The notes beneath the pieces were generated by a model. It was not told the DNA's origin, made no database searches, and saw nothing but the letters and a program-made list of their open reading frames with translations. Below, piece by piece: positions 27,558-38,467 of a DNA stretch of 64,000 bases; the first letter of the stretch is position 1; every line of letters starts with the position of its first letter. Position numbers and translations under genes: made by a program. This DNA is from Candidatus Parcubacteria bacterium (lineage in GTDB: Bacteria; Patescibacteriota; Minisyncoccia; Minisyncoccales; JAGMDC01), in NCBI GenBank assembly GCA_023128895.1, contig JAGMDC010000002.1, positions 17,368 to 81,367 of the forward strand, read 5' to 3'.

Positions 27558-27667
27558 TCTGGCGGCGACCTACTTTCGCGGAAAACCACTATCATCGGCC
27601 CTAATGGATTTCACTTCCGAGTTCGGAATGGGATCGGGTGGAACACCATCGGTATTACCGCCAAATA
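27558..27667 (-). rRNA. rrf: 5S rRNA
   Basis: Minus sense reads TTTGGCGGTAATACC...CCCATTCCGAACTCGGAAGTGAAA...GTAGGTCGCCGCCAGA. Flanked by an extended processing stem. Confidence 0.85.
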
Positions 27668-28081
27668 TCAGGGTTCTATGGTTATTAATTGCCAGCTAAA
27701 GGAGTTTTAATATGATTTATTAGTACTGCTCGGCTAAATGTTTTACAACACTTACACCTGCAGCCTATTAACCTCATCATCTTTGAGGAATCTATGAGTC
27801 CTGATCTTAGGATAGGCTTCGTGCTTAGATGCTTTCAGCTCTTATCCTTGCCCAACTTAGCTACCCAGCGATGCGCCTGGCGGCACAACTGGTACACCAG
27901 AGGTTAGTTCACTCCGATCCTCTCGTACTAGGAGCAAATTCCTTCAAGACTCGACGCCTGCGGTAGATAGGGACCGACCTGTCTTACGACGGTCTGAACC
28001 CAGCTCGCGTACCTTTTTAATTGGCGAACAGCCAAACCCTTGGGACCTTCTTCAGCCCCAGGATAAGATGAGCCGACATCG

Positions 28082-28353
28082 CAATCATCTATTATTACTA
28101 ATAGTTTGGACTATATCTTTACCCAGCCATAATTTTTACAAAACTATGATTGGGATTGGCGTATTATAATAGTTTGATTGACACTACTATCCCTCAACAT
28201 AATTGTTGAGAAGTCTCTACGGGGTCATTACCTAAAATAGGTAAGACTTCCCACGGTATTGTCCATTAGTTTATTATAATGGATTCCACCGTTATTAGCC
28301 AAATTTTTGGTACAGCATTACTGCTGTAGCACCCCGATTTGTCGGTAAATTTG
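28082..28353 (-). mobile_element. ORF-less group I intron at 23S position L2500 (E. coli numbering)
   Basis: Splits the conserved GGCACCU|CGAUGUCGG. The 5' exon ends in U and the insert ends in G. 272 nt. Core is paralogous to the second insert (gactatatctt.accc, acggggtc, acttcccacg). Confidence 0.7.
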
Positions 28354-28404
28354 AGGTGCCGAACAGAGCCGTTGATGTGGACTCGCGGGCTCTACCAGCC
28401 TGTT

Positions 28405-28683
28405 CATTCTAGATTAGAATAGACTATATCTTCACCCGCTAAAATCTTAATTTTAACGGGGACGGCGTATCAGCAAGGGTTTGCCTCGCTCTGCTTAGTT
28501 AAGCAAGTCGTTACGGGGTCAAGAAGAAAATTTAAAAAAATTTTCTTCCGACTTCCCACGATATTCCATTGAAAACCCCATTCATATTCAAAGGTTCATC
28601 GTTATAAGCCGTATTTTTTATCTGTCCTTACGGACAGAGGGGACAACAACCCTCTTACCGTTGTTGAACAACGGCGTGGGTCT
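28405..28683 (-). mobile_element. ORF-less group I intron at 23S position L2449
   Basis: Splits the conserved CCGGGGAU|AACAGGCUG. The 5' exon ends in U and the insert ends in G. 279 nt. No ORF. Confidence 0.7.
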
Positions 28684-30706
28684 ATCCCCGGGGTAACTTT
28701 TATCTGATAATCTTCCCCGATTCTATTAACCAGGGTCGGTTCACTAAGTTCTGCTTTCGCAACTGCTCGGCATATCCGCCTCGCAGTAAAGCCGGCTTAT
28801 GGCTTTGTCCGATCTTTCCGATTTCCATCCGGAAATAGCCGACCTTTAAGCGCCTCCGTTACTCTTTGGGAGGCTAGTGCCCCACTAAAACTGCCCAGCA
28901 CCCACTGTCCCCAATATAAAATCGGGTTAGAATCATCATTTTGAAAGACGGGTGTTTCATTGGCGACTCCGCTCGTTCCGAAAAACGAGTTTCAAAGTCT
29001 CCCCGCTACGCTACGCATCCAAAACAATAACCCAATGAGAACTTACAGTAAAGCTCCCGGGGTCTTTCCGTCTAGCCGCAGGTAACCGGCATCTTCACCG
29101 GTATTGCATTTTCACCGAGCACCTTGTTGAGACAGTTCCCAAGTCGTTAAGCCATTCATGCGGGCCGTTAATTAAACGGCAAGGGATTACGCTACCTTTG
29201 GACGATTATAGTTATCGCCGACGTTCACTGGCGCTTCAATCGCTCAGCCCGAGCACTCAATAAATTGAACGCTTGGACCGGCAACATTGACGTTCCAGCA
29301 CTGGTCAGGCCTCAGCCCCTATACATCCTGTTACCAGTTAGCAGGGACCTGTGTTTTTGATAAACAGTCGCTTGGGAGTCATTAGCTGCGCCCCAACCAT
29401 ACCGAAGCACGGTCAGGGAGGTCTTATTCCGAAGTTACGACCACTGATTTGCCGAGTTCCTTAACAAGGTTTCACTCGTTCACCTTAGCGCATTTACGCT
29501 TACCCACCTGTGTCGGTTTGCGGTACGGACCAAATACATAATTAGCTCCTAAAAAACTTTTCTTGGAAGCTTGCTCGTCTAAGTTCCCCTGCCCGAAAGC
29601 AGAGTTCCTGCTAATTCTTGGAAATCCTCAAATCAGCAACAGAAATCCGATAATCTGCTTAGATTACTAAACTTCGTCATTTTTTAGAATTACATATCTG
29701 GGGGCCGGAATATTAACCGGCTGTCCATCCCCCCTACAACTTCTTGCAGGAGGTTAGGCCCGCCTAACCCTTGGCTGATTACCATTGCCAAGGAAACCTT
29801 GGGTTTTCGGTGTCGCGCAAACTCTGCGCGATTGCGGTTACTCATGCCAACATTCTCACTCCTTATCGCTCCACTGTTCTTTACAAAACAGCTTCACAGC
29901 AATAAGGACGCTCCCCTACCACATCGTTGTCAAACAACGATGTTCTTATCTTCGGTATTGAGCTTAGCCCCGTTAAATCTTCGGTGCAAAACTCCTTAGT
30001 TAGTAAGCTATTACGCACTTTTTAAAAGATAGCTGCTTCTAAGCTAACTTCCTAACTATCAGAGGAATTTTACCTCCTTTCACACTTAGCTCAAATTTAG
30101 GGACCTTAGATAAAGATCTGGGCTGTTTCCCTTTTGACCATGGAGCTTAGCCCCCATAGTCTGACTCCTTATGTTAAAAATATGCCGGTATTCGGAGTTT
30201 AGTTAGAGAATCCGGATAAAATCCAAGAAACCCCATCTAGTGCTCTACCCCCAGCATCCAACATAAAGGCTAGCCCTAAAGCTATTTCGGGGAGAACCAG
30301 CTATTACCAAGCTCGATTAGCTTTTCACTTCTTACCACAGCTCATCCCAGAGTATTGCACGGCTCACGGGTTCGGGCTTCCCCGAGCACTTATTGAACGT
30401 AAACTTTCGCTTATGTTCACTAAGTGCTCGGTTCACCCTGGCCATGGCAAGCTCGCTTGGCTTCGGGTCTTACGCATACCACGAATCATTGCAAAGCAAT
30501 GAAATTCGCGCTTTTAACACTCGGTTTCCCTATGATTGTGTCCCAAAAGGACTTAATCTGCGATACGCGTAAAGTCGTTGGCTCGTTCTACAAAAAGCAC
30601 CCCATCACCCCCACACCTATTAAGCGTTTACGCTTAATAGGTGTGGGGGCTCTGAGTCATTGTAAGCAAAATGGTTTCAGGTTCTATTTCACCGCGATTA
30701 CCTCGC

Positions 30707-30747
<41 letters not shown>

Positions 30748-31457
30748 GATATCAAGTATTTAGCCTTGGCAGTATAGTTCTGCCTGCTTCCCTCAGGGCT
30801 TTCGTTTCCCGAGGTACTCAAGTATAGACACTAAAGCATATAATGATTTTCGCCTACCGGACTATTACCGTCTCTGGCAGTCCTTTCCAGGATCTTTTGG
30901 CTAATCATCAATTACTCTACTCTAATTAAATAGATGCGTCTAACTTACAACCACCAGCTGCGCCAAAAGGCGCGGCTGATTTTGGGCTGTTCCCTTTTCG
31001 CTCGCCGCTACTAAGGGAATGCGCCATTGTAAACAATGGCTTTGTTTTCTTTTCCTCCGCTTACTGAGATGTTTCACTTCAGCGGGTTTGCTCGCGCCGC
31101 AAGCGGCGCGTAACGCTGTTTTCACAGCGCTGGGTTTTCCCATTCGGACATCGCCGGGTCAAAGGTTGGTAACCACCTCACCGGCGCTTTTCGCAGGCAC
31201 CCCACGTCCTTCATCGCCTTGATATCCCAAGGCATCCACCATTTGCCCTTATTTTAATTACCTTTAGCTAGCAATTAATAACCACTATTTTAATTTTGTT
31301 CTCCATATTTAATTTACAATGTCCTTTCCTATCAAACAAATCAAACAAAAAATCGCTCCTGCAAGAAAGCGATTTTCTGGAAACAAAAATCCCAGAAATT
31401 TACCCGCTTTCTTTTGATATATTCAAAATGGTGTCTTTCTTAAACATTTCCATTTTT

Positions 31458-31485
31458 ATAATAGCAAATCTATACCCCTTGTCAA
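31458..31485 (-). promoter_or_regulatory. sigma70-type promoter for the 23S-5S unit
   Basis: Minus sense has TTGACA, a 16-nt spacer and TATTAT, about 190 nt upstream of the 23S 5' end. Confidence 0.6.
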
Positions 31486-31492
31486 GTATGCC

Positions 31493-31526
31493 AAAAAAAA
31501 TCATTCCGCCCCTTTTGGGGGCGGAA
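31493..31526 (-). terminator. terminator of the membrane-protein gene
   Basis: Minus sense has TTCCGCCCC-loop-GGGGCGGAA followed by a U-run. Confidence 0.7.
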
Positions 31527-31565
31527 CAATTTGCAAGTTCAAAAATTTTTAAACTCAAATGTTTG

Positions 31566-32246
31566 CTATTCGCTTTTTAGTTTGTTTTTCAAATCCTGCA
31601 AAATTTCTGCCGCGACGTCCCTGCCTCCCAAGCCAAACGCAAGACCAAAAGCAATAACAAAAAACGCTACTATTCCGCTAAACAGGGTTTGAACCATTAC
31701 ACGGGCAACTCCTAACTGATACAAAATCGTTAAAATAGCAAAAATCCAAATCGCCCATTTCGCTGCTGTGCCAACAAGCGCGGAATGGCTTATTTTCGCT
31801 TTTTCTATCCCGGCTACAATAATTTTTTCGGCAATGTCCGCCACAATAATCGCAATAACAAAAATTAAGGCAGCAACAAACACATTTGGAAGATAATTTA
31901 TAATTCCTTGCAAAAAATCGGCAAATTGAGGCAACCCTAAAATCTCTACAGCGGCTAATAAGGACACAATCACTAAAATCCATTTAACGATTGCTCCTAA
32001 AAATTCAGCGGGATTTACTGTGAGTTTAGCTTTAGTAAACGCTCTCTGCCAGTCTGTTTTCTCAAATAAATCATTGAATTTAAGCCGAGATAAAACCTCC
32101 GTCACCAATTTACCAACCCCCAAGGCAATAAACCAACCGACAACAAACACAATTATTGCCACAATTAAAGCAGGAATAAAAATTAAGAATCCCAGCCAAA
32201 GTTCAAACAAAGCGTCAATAGTTACTGAAGACCAATTTCCTATCAT
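31566..32246 (-). CDS. multi-pass membrane protein (TM-helix repeat, like the N-terminal region of MscS-type channels)
   Basis: 226 aa. Repeated hydrophobic helices with spacing like the conserved-TM-helix family. Confidence 0.45.
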   Translation of the reverse strand: MIGNWSSVTIDALFELWLGFLIFIPALIVAIIVFVVGWFIALGVGKLVTEVLSRLKFNDLFEKTDWQRAFTKAKLTVNPAEFLGAIVKWILVIVSLLAAVEILGLPQFADFLQGIINYLPNVFVAALIFVIAIIVADIAEKIIVAGIEKAKISHSALVGTAAKWAIWIFAILTILYQLGVARVMVQTLFSGIVAFFVIAFGLAFGLGGRDVAAEILQDLKNKLKSE

Positions 32247-32402
32247 AATAATAAATATAAATATTATAATTTTAATTTGGATTCGACCTTTGCCCCATAT
32301 GGCGGGGATAATAATAATTACTATATTATAGCAGAATTACAATAAAAAAAATCAGAGCTACCTGTGGATAACTCTAACCCTATTTTTTCATATTGTAAAA
32401 AA

Positions 32403-33215
32403 TTATTTGTTTGTTAATTCTATCACGGTAATTTCAGGGGCGCAATTAAATCTTATTGGCAAAGCAGTCATCCCGATTCCTCTGTTGACATACATATAAG
32501 CATTGTTAATTTCAAACAATCCGCTGGCGTATTTGCCGCGATTTTGAGTCGGCACCCAGAACGGCCTTAAAAATGGAATTTTAACCTGGCCTCCGTGCGT
32601 ATGGCCCGCAAGAATTAAATCCGCGCTCTCCCCTGCTTTCAAATCATTAATTATATCCGGCGAATGCGCCAACAAAATTTTAGCAGCATCTTCTTCCGCG
32701 TTGACCATTGCTTTTGTCAAATTATCTCTTCCAGTGTCCGGGTCATTAACTCCAATCAAGCAAATATATTCTTCTTTTTGAAATATTTTTCTGTTCTCGT
32801 TATTCAAAATAACAATCCCGGCTTTTTCCAATAATTTTTCAAGAGAATTAGGGTCATGGTTGCCCAAAACCCCAAAAATTCTTCCTTGATATCGCTTGCC
32901 CATTTCCTGCCAAAATTTTTCACAGGAAGCAATATCCTTAGTTAGGCTGTCAATAAAATCGCCTGTAATGAAAACAAAATCAGGATTTATTTGCTCTACG
33001 ATTTCTAAAACTCTTTTCTCTCTTTGCCCAAAGCCAAAAGAATGAAAATCGGTTAAATGAACTATTTTCGCATTGATAAACGCGTTAGGCAAGTTTTCTA
33101 TTTCAATATCTATCTTCTCAACCTGAATATTATTCGGCTCAAATAAAAAACAATACCACCCCAAAACCGCTAAAAATATTAAGACAGCAATTGTAATTAA
33201 AAACAATTTTTTCAT
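32403..33215 (-). CDS. membrane-anchored metallophosphoesterase
   Basis: 270 aa. DFH, GDF, GNHD and GHTHGG motifs. N-terminal TM helix. Confidence 0.8.
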   Translation of the reverse strand: MKKLFLITIAVLIFLAVLGWYCFLFEPNNIQVEKIDIEIENLPNAFINAKIVHLTDFHSFGFGQREKRVLEIVEQINPDFVFITGDFIDSLTKDIASCEKFWQEMGKRYQGRIFGVLGNHDPNSLEKLLEKAGIVILNNENRKIFQKEEYICLIGVNDPDTGRDNLTKAMVNAEEDAAKILLAHSPDIINDLKAGESADLILAGHTHGGQVKIPFLRPFWVPTQNRGKYASGLFEINNAYMYVNRGIGMTALPIRFNCAPEITVIELTNK

Positions 33216-34927
33216 TCTAATTCTTTTTTTATGTCTTTAATTTCTTTGCTAATAAATTTTTCAGAGGTATCTAATGCTTTTTGCAGTTTATCGCGAACCT
33301 CTTTTTCTCTCTTGCTCAACTTAGGTTTTTTATCAAAATATCTAACCTGGTTTTGTAATTCTTGGCTCAATGTTTTAAAAGCTATACGCAGAGTTTTCTC
33401 CGCATCTTTAGTTTCTTTGCTGATTCTTTTTCTCCAGCGAAAAATTCGATAACGAGCATAAAGAATAATAAATATTAAAACTATGATTAAAGCTACAAGA
33501 GTAATAATAACTGCTAAGCAAGCTATGACCATTTCGCCAAATTTTATTATGGACGGCAAAACAGCAGCTATAGTGATTTTTTCTGTTAAATTACTTTGAG
33601 CGCCTCTATAATCGGTAATCTTTGCCCAAACTTGATAAGTCCCTTTATCTAAACTTTTATCATAAATAAAAAGCCAGTTTCCTTCATCGCCTGTTTTTAC
33701 GTTATTTGCAACTGGCTCCTCTCCTTCTTTTTTGACAAAAACTGTAACAGAAACATTTGGGTATTGAGAGGTTCCTTTAATTGTTAAAATATCCCCTACT
33801 TGAACTGTTTGAGGAAAATCAGTAATAATTGGCAGTTCTATTGGCTCTATTGTAATATCGGCAGCAGCAGTTGTTAAATTACCAGCCATATCAAAAGCTT
33901 TTACAATTATAGTATGCCTTCCATGTGTTTGAACCGGCATTTTAAAAAAATCGCTTTCTACATCTGCCGCAGTAATTGGTACAGTATCTTTTTCATCGAT
34001 TTTCACTTCATAATAGTCAAGTCCAGAAGTAGAATCAGTGGTTCTAAAATCTAAAATAGGAGTAGGGTTAGTAGAATCTCCCTTATTATCTACTATGATT
34101 TCAAAAGGTTCCGGCGATTCAGTATCAATCAAAACTTTTCTATGAGTAATTCCTCCCCAGCCATATTTGTTCTTAAATCTAATATGGAAATACCAAATTC
34201 CATCATCTAATAATTCTTCAAGTTTCTTTTCCGCAATTGGAAAATCATAAAAAACAGAAGGAAGAGAAGCAGGTGTTTTATTTATTAATAGTTTTACTGC
34301 TGTAACATCTGAAGAAATTTTCCAAGAAAACTTTGGACTGTTATTGGAATACCACTTTTTTGAATTGGGGTGGGTAGTTGAAGAAATCACTGGCGCGGCT
34401 GGGACTTTTTTTGGAAATGAAGCTGGTTTAAAAGTATAAAATCCGCCATTCATATTGGCTAAAACATTTGTTCCTTTGCCGTCTGCCGCTAAAACTGAAC
34501 CCGAAGAAAAACTTACTTTGGCAGAAGCATTAGTTTTCGCTTTAAAAGTAATTGTAATAATAGTTCCTGAACTGCCGGTAAAATTATCAGGTGTTCCGCC
34601 GCCGAAAGATATATTTCCTGAAGAATTAGAGAAACTCGGTTCCCTGGTCCATAAGCTAAAAATTGAACCGCTTTTTGAAATTTTAACCATCTGAAGTTCC
34701 GCTGAATTAAAAATCAAAGTCCCTTCAGCGGCATTGATTGTTTCTCCTCCGCTATTTACTTTAACTTTCACCGGAAAAGTGCTCCCAATTGTATAAGTCC
34801 CGCTGGGAGGAGAGAGATAAAGCGAAGCCGCTGCCTGCGCTTCATTTGCTAAAACGCAAAATGCAAAAATCAAAACGCAAAATGACAATGTAAAATGTAA
34901 AATTATTTTTAATTTTTGATTTATCAT
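33212..34927 (-). CDS. cohesin-like domain surface protein with a C-terminal TM helix and coiled-coil tail
   Basis: 571 aa. Signal peptide, then ASLYLSPPSGTYTIGSTFPVKVKVNSGGETINAAEGTLIFN (cohesin-like beta module), Ig-like modules, and a TM helix near residue 480. Confidence 0.5.
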   Translation of the reverse strand: MINQKLKIILHFTLSFCVLIFAFCVLANEAQAAASLYLSPPSGTYTIGSTFPVKVKVNSGGETINAAEGTLIFNSAELQMVKISKSGSIFSLWTREPSFSNSSGNISFGGGTPDNFTGSSGTIITITFKAKTNASAKVSFSSGSVLAADGKGTNVLANMNGGFYTFKPASFPKKVPAAPVISSTTHPNSKKWYSNNSPKFSWKISSDVTAVKLLINKTPASLPSVFYDFPIAEKKLEELLDDGIWYFHIRFKNKYGWGGITHRKVLIDTESPEPFEIIVDNKGDSTNPTPILDFRTTDSTSGLDYYEVKIDEKDTVPITAADVESDFFKMPVQTHGRHTIIVKAFDMAGNLTTAAADITIEPIELPIITDFPQTVQVGDILTIKGTSQYPNVSVTVFVKKEGEEPVANNVKTGDEGNWLFIYDKSLDKGTYQVWAKITDYRGAQSNLTEKITIAAVLPSIIKFGEMVIACLAVIITLVALIIVLIFIILYARYRIFRWRKRISKETKDAEKTLRIAFKTLSQELQNQVRYFDKKPKLSKREKEVRDKLQKALDTSEKFISKEIKDIKKELE

Positions 34928-36432
34928 TTTAATTTTTTATATTTAATTTTTGATATTGCATACCAGCCAATTATCGCTAAACCAAGAATAATAAGGATTA
35001 TCTGATAAGGAAATGCTTTTTCCGGCATTTCTGGGACATATTCAGCAATTCTTTCATTGCCGGCTTTATCGACTGCTTTCGCTTTTATTATACTCTGAAG
35101 TGTCTGGTCTTCCAATAAATAAGGGCTTTCAGCTCTTTTCCATTCTCTCTCGCCCTCTTTAATTTCGTAGCAGTCAATACCTGCTTGTTTATCCAGGGAT
35201 TGAAAAACGATAAAATATTTTCCTTCAAATATTGATGTATCTTGAGCAATCTCTAAACTAAACTGTTCAGGAGCAGTAGAATCTATCATAACTCGATAAC
35301 TAACCCTTTCTGACCAAGCTTCATCTGATATTTTTTGTTTTAAAGTAAAATAATAAATTCCATCTTCCAACCCCTTATATTTCATATCCCCCATCCAGAT
35401 TAATTCTCCCTCTGGTTTGTCGGGAATCTCATCGGGCTCAGCCAAAGGGTCATGGCTTAAAAGATAACTATATTGAGCTTCTTTAATTAAATTCCAGCGA
35501 AGATGAAGGTTATTTGATTTGAACCATTTATTTTGGTCCGGATGAGTAGTTGAAGAAATAATGGGCAAGAATTCCGGCTTTTTTATAACTTGGCAGTTTG
35601 CCTCTAAAAAAGTCAAAGAATCTAATGTTCCCTTTCCGTCATTTAATAAAACTTGGCAGGTCTCTTCAAAATTAACTTTTGCTTTACTGATTTTTTTTCC
35701 TTTAAAAATAATCTTGCCAATTATCCCATCTCCATTGAATCCGCCTGGAACACCTCCAAGAAAAGATATTCTATTATTAGAAACAGTCGGCTCTTTTGGC
35801 CAAAGGGTTAAAATTGAACCTCCTTTAGCAATATCAACAACTTCTAAAAAATTTGAAGGGAATTTTAAATCTACTTTAACAGTATTTATTTCTTTACTCT
35901 CACTGTCTAACCGCATTTCAAGAATAAAAGAATCATCTTGATAAACAGTTTGGGATTGAGGCATCAAATACAAAAAGGCCGCTGAAGCAGACAAAGGGAT
36001 TAGAATATAGAAAATAGAAAATAGGGAAATAAAGAAAAACAGAATATGTAATTTAGGAACTAAGAGTTTCCGAACTGATTTTATAAGACCGTCAGTCATT
36101 TTGGAAACTTCTACTGTTAAAGATAGTATTTTTTGGTAATCTTGCGCAGACAAGTATCCAAGTTTATAAGAAACCTCAATCTGGCTTTCTAATTCAGCGA
36201 CAGAACTATAGGCAACATTATAGAATTGTAATTTTTCTTTTTTATGATTTCTTTTAAAACCTTCCGCAATATTTGAACTGATGGAGATTACCGCCCGCCT
36301 CATTTGATTAGTTAAACCATACAATTCAGAATGAGGAAATTTATTGGTAATTTTGTAAACTAAAACCGCCAAATTGGAACTCTTTTGCCATACATTTAAA
36401 TCTTTAAAAGATTGTAATTTTTTTATTTCCAT
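34924..36432 (-). CDS. four-helix-bundle (23S rRNA intervening-sequence protein family) domain fused in frame to a cohesin-like surface protein
   Basis: Residues 1-115 (DLNVWQKS...ISISSNIAEG...AELESQ) look like a complete 4-helix-bundle protein. They run without a stop into a signal-peptide-like segment and a paralogue of 33212..34927. An internal start at MTDGLIKSV is possible. Confidence 0.5.
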   Translation of the reverse strand: MEIKKLQSFKDLNVWQKSSNLAVLVYKITNKFPHSELYGLTNQMRRAVISISSNIAEGFKRNHKKEKLQFYNVAYSSVAELESQIEVSYKLGYLSAQDYQKILSLTVEVSKMTDGLIKSVRKLLVPKLHILFFFISLFSIFYILIPLSASAAFLYLMPQSQTVYQDDSFILEMRLDSESKEINTVKVDLKFPSNFLEVVDIAKGGSILTLWPKEPTVSNNRISFLGGVPGGFNGDGIIGKIIFKGKKISKAKVNFEETCQVLLNDGKGTLDSLTFLEANCQVIKKPEFLPIISSTTHPDQNKWFKSNNLHLRWNLIKEAQYSYLLSHDPLAEPDEIPDKPEGELIWMGDMKYKGLEDGIYYFTLKQKISDEAWSERVSYRVMIDSTAPEQFSLEIAQDTSIFEGKYFIVFQSLDKQAGIDCYEIKEGEREWKRAESPYLLEDQTLQSIIKAKAVDKAGNERIAEYVPEMPEKAFPYQIILIILGLAIIGWYAISKIKYKKLK

Positions 36433-36480
36433 ATTTTCCTAAATTCTATCCCCTAAATTCTATATTCTATCCCCTAAATT

Positions 36481-37449
36481 CTACTCGGTCCAGTGATAAA
36501 GCATAATGGAGAAATCAATAAGGTTTACTTTGCCATCAAAGTTAATATCCACGCAGGGATGTTTAATTTCTCTCGCCTCCCACCAATAAAGCATAATGGA
36601 AAAATCAATAAGGTTTACTTTGCCGTCGCAGTTTATATCAGCTCCGCAGCAAACAGCAGTTCCTTCAGGCAAAACATCAAAAGCCAAAGATTGAGAGAAT
36701 ATTGAAATTTCTCCTTTAGCAGAAAGTGCTTTTGACCTTGTTGTATGCCTTCCTTTTTCAATTATAGATGTATCAAAAGCATAAAGCCACCCCCCATCAT
36801 CATCGGCCTTAGTTTTTTTTAGAATTTCCCCTGAAGAATTAATAAAAACATTGACTTCGCTTTTAGGAGCAGTATAACCATAAATATTTAGAACTTCTCC
36901 CCTGGGTATTTTATTCGCGCTCAAATCAATAGTTGGCGGTAAAAATATCCCGGAAAAAGTAGTAGTAGTCCCTCTTGTTAAAGAAGCATTAAAGTTTAAT
37001 GTTAATGATTTTCTTCCTTCTTTATCTTCGGCCCAAACGCCAAAAGTCCAAATACCGGCAGGAACTCCGCTTAAAACTACTGAAAAGTTAGCTAAAGGAT
37101 CAGCAGTTACTGTTGAAGCTACTGTTCCATTTTTCAAAATAGTAACAAATGCACCTGGATAAGCCTTTCCTTTAAAAATAACAGTCGCATACTTTGAAGG
37201 AATCGTTGTTCCGCCGCCGCCGCCAGAAGGAGGAGGCGGAGTAGGAGGAGCCGTTTCTTCAACGGTTACGGAAATGCTTATGTTTTCTTGGATTGGATCA
37301 ATGGCTTGACTGGGCTGATAATTAAAAAATAAAAAGCAAATTATAATTAAGAACAAAAAAACGGCCCTAAACGTCATAAAAAGCCGCGGAAAATATTTTT
37401 TTCTTTTTTTAACTTTTATCTCTTTTTTTTGGTCTTTCAAAAAATTCAT
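36481..37449 (-). CDS. dockerin-repeat surface protein
   Basis: 322 aa. TM/signal, a Pro/Gly linker and an Ig-like module. C-terminal duplicated DINCDGKVNLIDFSIMLY / DINFDGKVNLIDFSIMLY (dockerin EF-hand-like repeats). Confidence 0.6.
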   Translation of the reverse strand: MNFLKDQKKEIKVKKRKKYFPRLFMTFRAVFLFLIIICFLFFNYQPSQAIDPIQENISISVTVEETAPPTPPPPSGGGGGTTIPSKYATVIFKGKAYPGAFVTILKNGTVASTVTADPLANFSVVLSGVPAGIWTFGVWAEDKEGRKSLTLNFNASLTRGTTTTFSGIFLPPTIDLSANKIPRGEVLNIYGYTAPKSEVNVFINSSGEILKKTKADDDGGWLYAFDTSIIEKGRHTTRSKALSAKGEISIFSQSLAFDVLPEGTAVCCGADINCDGKVNLIDFSIMLYWWEAREIKHPCVDINFDGKVNLIDFSIMLYHWTE

Positions 37450-37470
37450 TCATTTTTTATTGCTTCTTCT

Positions 37471-38430
37471 TTATTTGCCTTCTCCTTTGATTAATATCTT
37501 CATTGCCAATCTCCATCTTTTTCTGGTCTTATAAAAGAAGATTATAAACATCATTAACGCGACAAAAATTATCAAAGCCAATTTCCAAGGAAAAACCCAG
37601 AAAGTTAAAACCGATGAATTAAAAGAAATGTTGCTTGTGCCGTAACCTCCGACTAACACAGCGGTATAGCGTCCGGCTAACCACTTTTTATCCCAGGAGG
37701 CCTCAATTTTTCTGACTGCTCCCGGCATAATATTATTTTGAGGAAAAACAATATCAGCTGCTTTTTTGCCCCGCCAGTCGGTAATAACCACAAAGCCCCT
37801 GGGTCTAAGATGAACGGTTCCCCTATTCTCAAACCTGATGGTAAAATCCACCGGCCCTGTTTCTAAAAAAGAAGGGCAAGAAAAATCTTTGACAATTAAC
37901 TCTTCTCTAATTTCCCCTGAAACAGTTAGTAAAACCAGAGCTCCGACTTTTTGAGCTACCGTCGCTCCGGTAATTTTTTCCCCAATAACCCCGGCAGTAG
38001 AAGCTAAAATTGAGCCATAGTGTCCTCCCGGCTCAGCGTTTTCCGGAACATTTATAGTAAAATCAACAAATTTTTGCTCTTTTGACCCTAAAATAAAAGT
38101 TTCCGGCTCAGTTCTTATCCATCCGGCTAAAGAATAAGTTTCAGTTTCAGCCGGTTCAATTATAACCTGCCCCATCTCCCCGGTTGCCGTAAAATCCTCT
38201 ACTTCTATCTTTATTCCGATAGTACTATCAGTCGGATTATAAACCTTAAGCGTATTAGTTAAAACATCGCCGGAACTAGCCGTCAATTCAAAAGTCAAAG
38301 GAGAAATACCAATCCCTTTTTCCTGAGCAAAAACATCATTAGTAAAAATCAACGCTGCTGCTCCAATCCCAATTATTAAAATCAAGGATTTTATTCCTTT
38401 TGCCATAACAAAACCTAACCCTAACAGCAA
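37471..38430 (-). CDS. CscA-like (DUF916/DUF3324-type) membrane-anchored cell-surface protein
   Basis: 319 aa. Signal peptide, two beta-rich modules, C-terminal FWVFPWK plus a TM helix and a basic tail. Paralogue of 39727..40740. Confidence 0.4.
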   Translation of the reverse strand: MLLGLGFVMAKGIKSLILIIGIGAAALIFTNDVFAQEKGIGISPLTFELTASSGDVLTNTLKVYNPTDSTIGIKIEVEDFTATGEMGQVIIEPAETETYSLAGWIRTEPETFILGSKEQKFVDFTINVPENAEPGGHYGSILASTAGVIGEKITGATVAQKVGALVLLTVSGEIREELIVKDFSCPSFLETGPVDFTIRFENRGTVHLRPRGFVVITDWRGKKAADIVFPQNNIMPGAVRKIEASWDKKWLAGRYTAVLVGGYGTSNISFNSSVLTFWVFPWKLALIIFVALMMFIIFFYKTRKRWRLAMKILIKGEGK

Positions 38431-38467
38431 ACAAAATATTTAAAAACTTATTGCTTGCTGTTAATGA

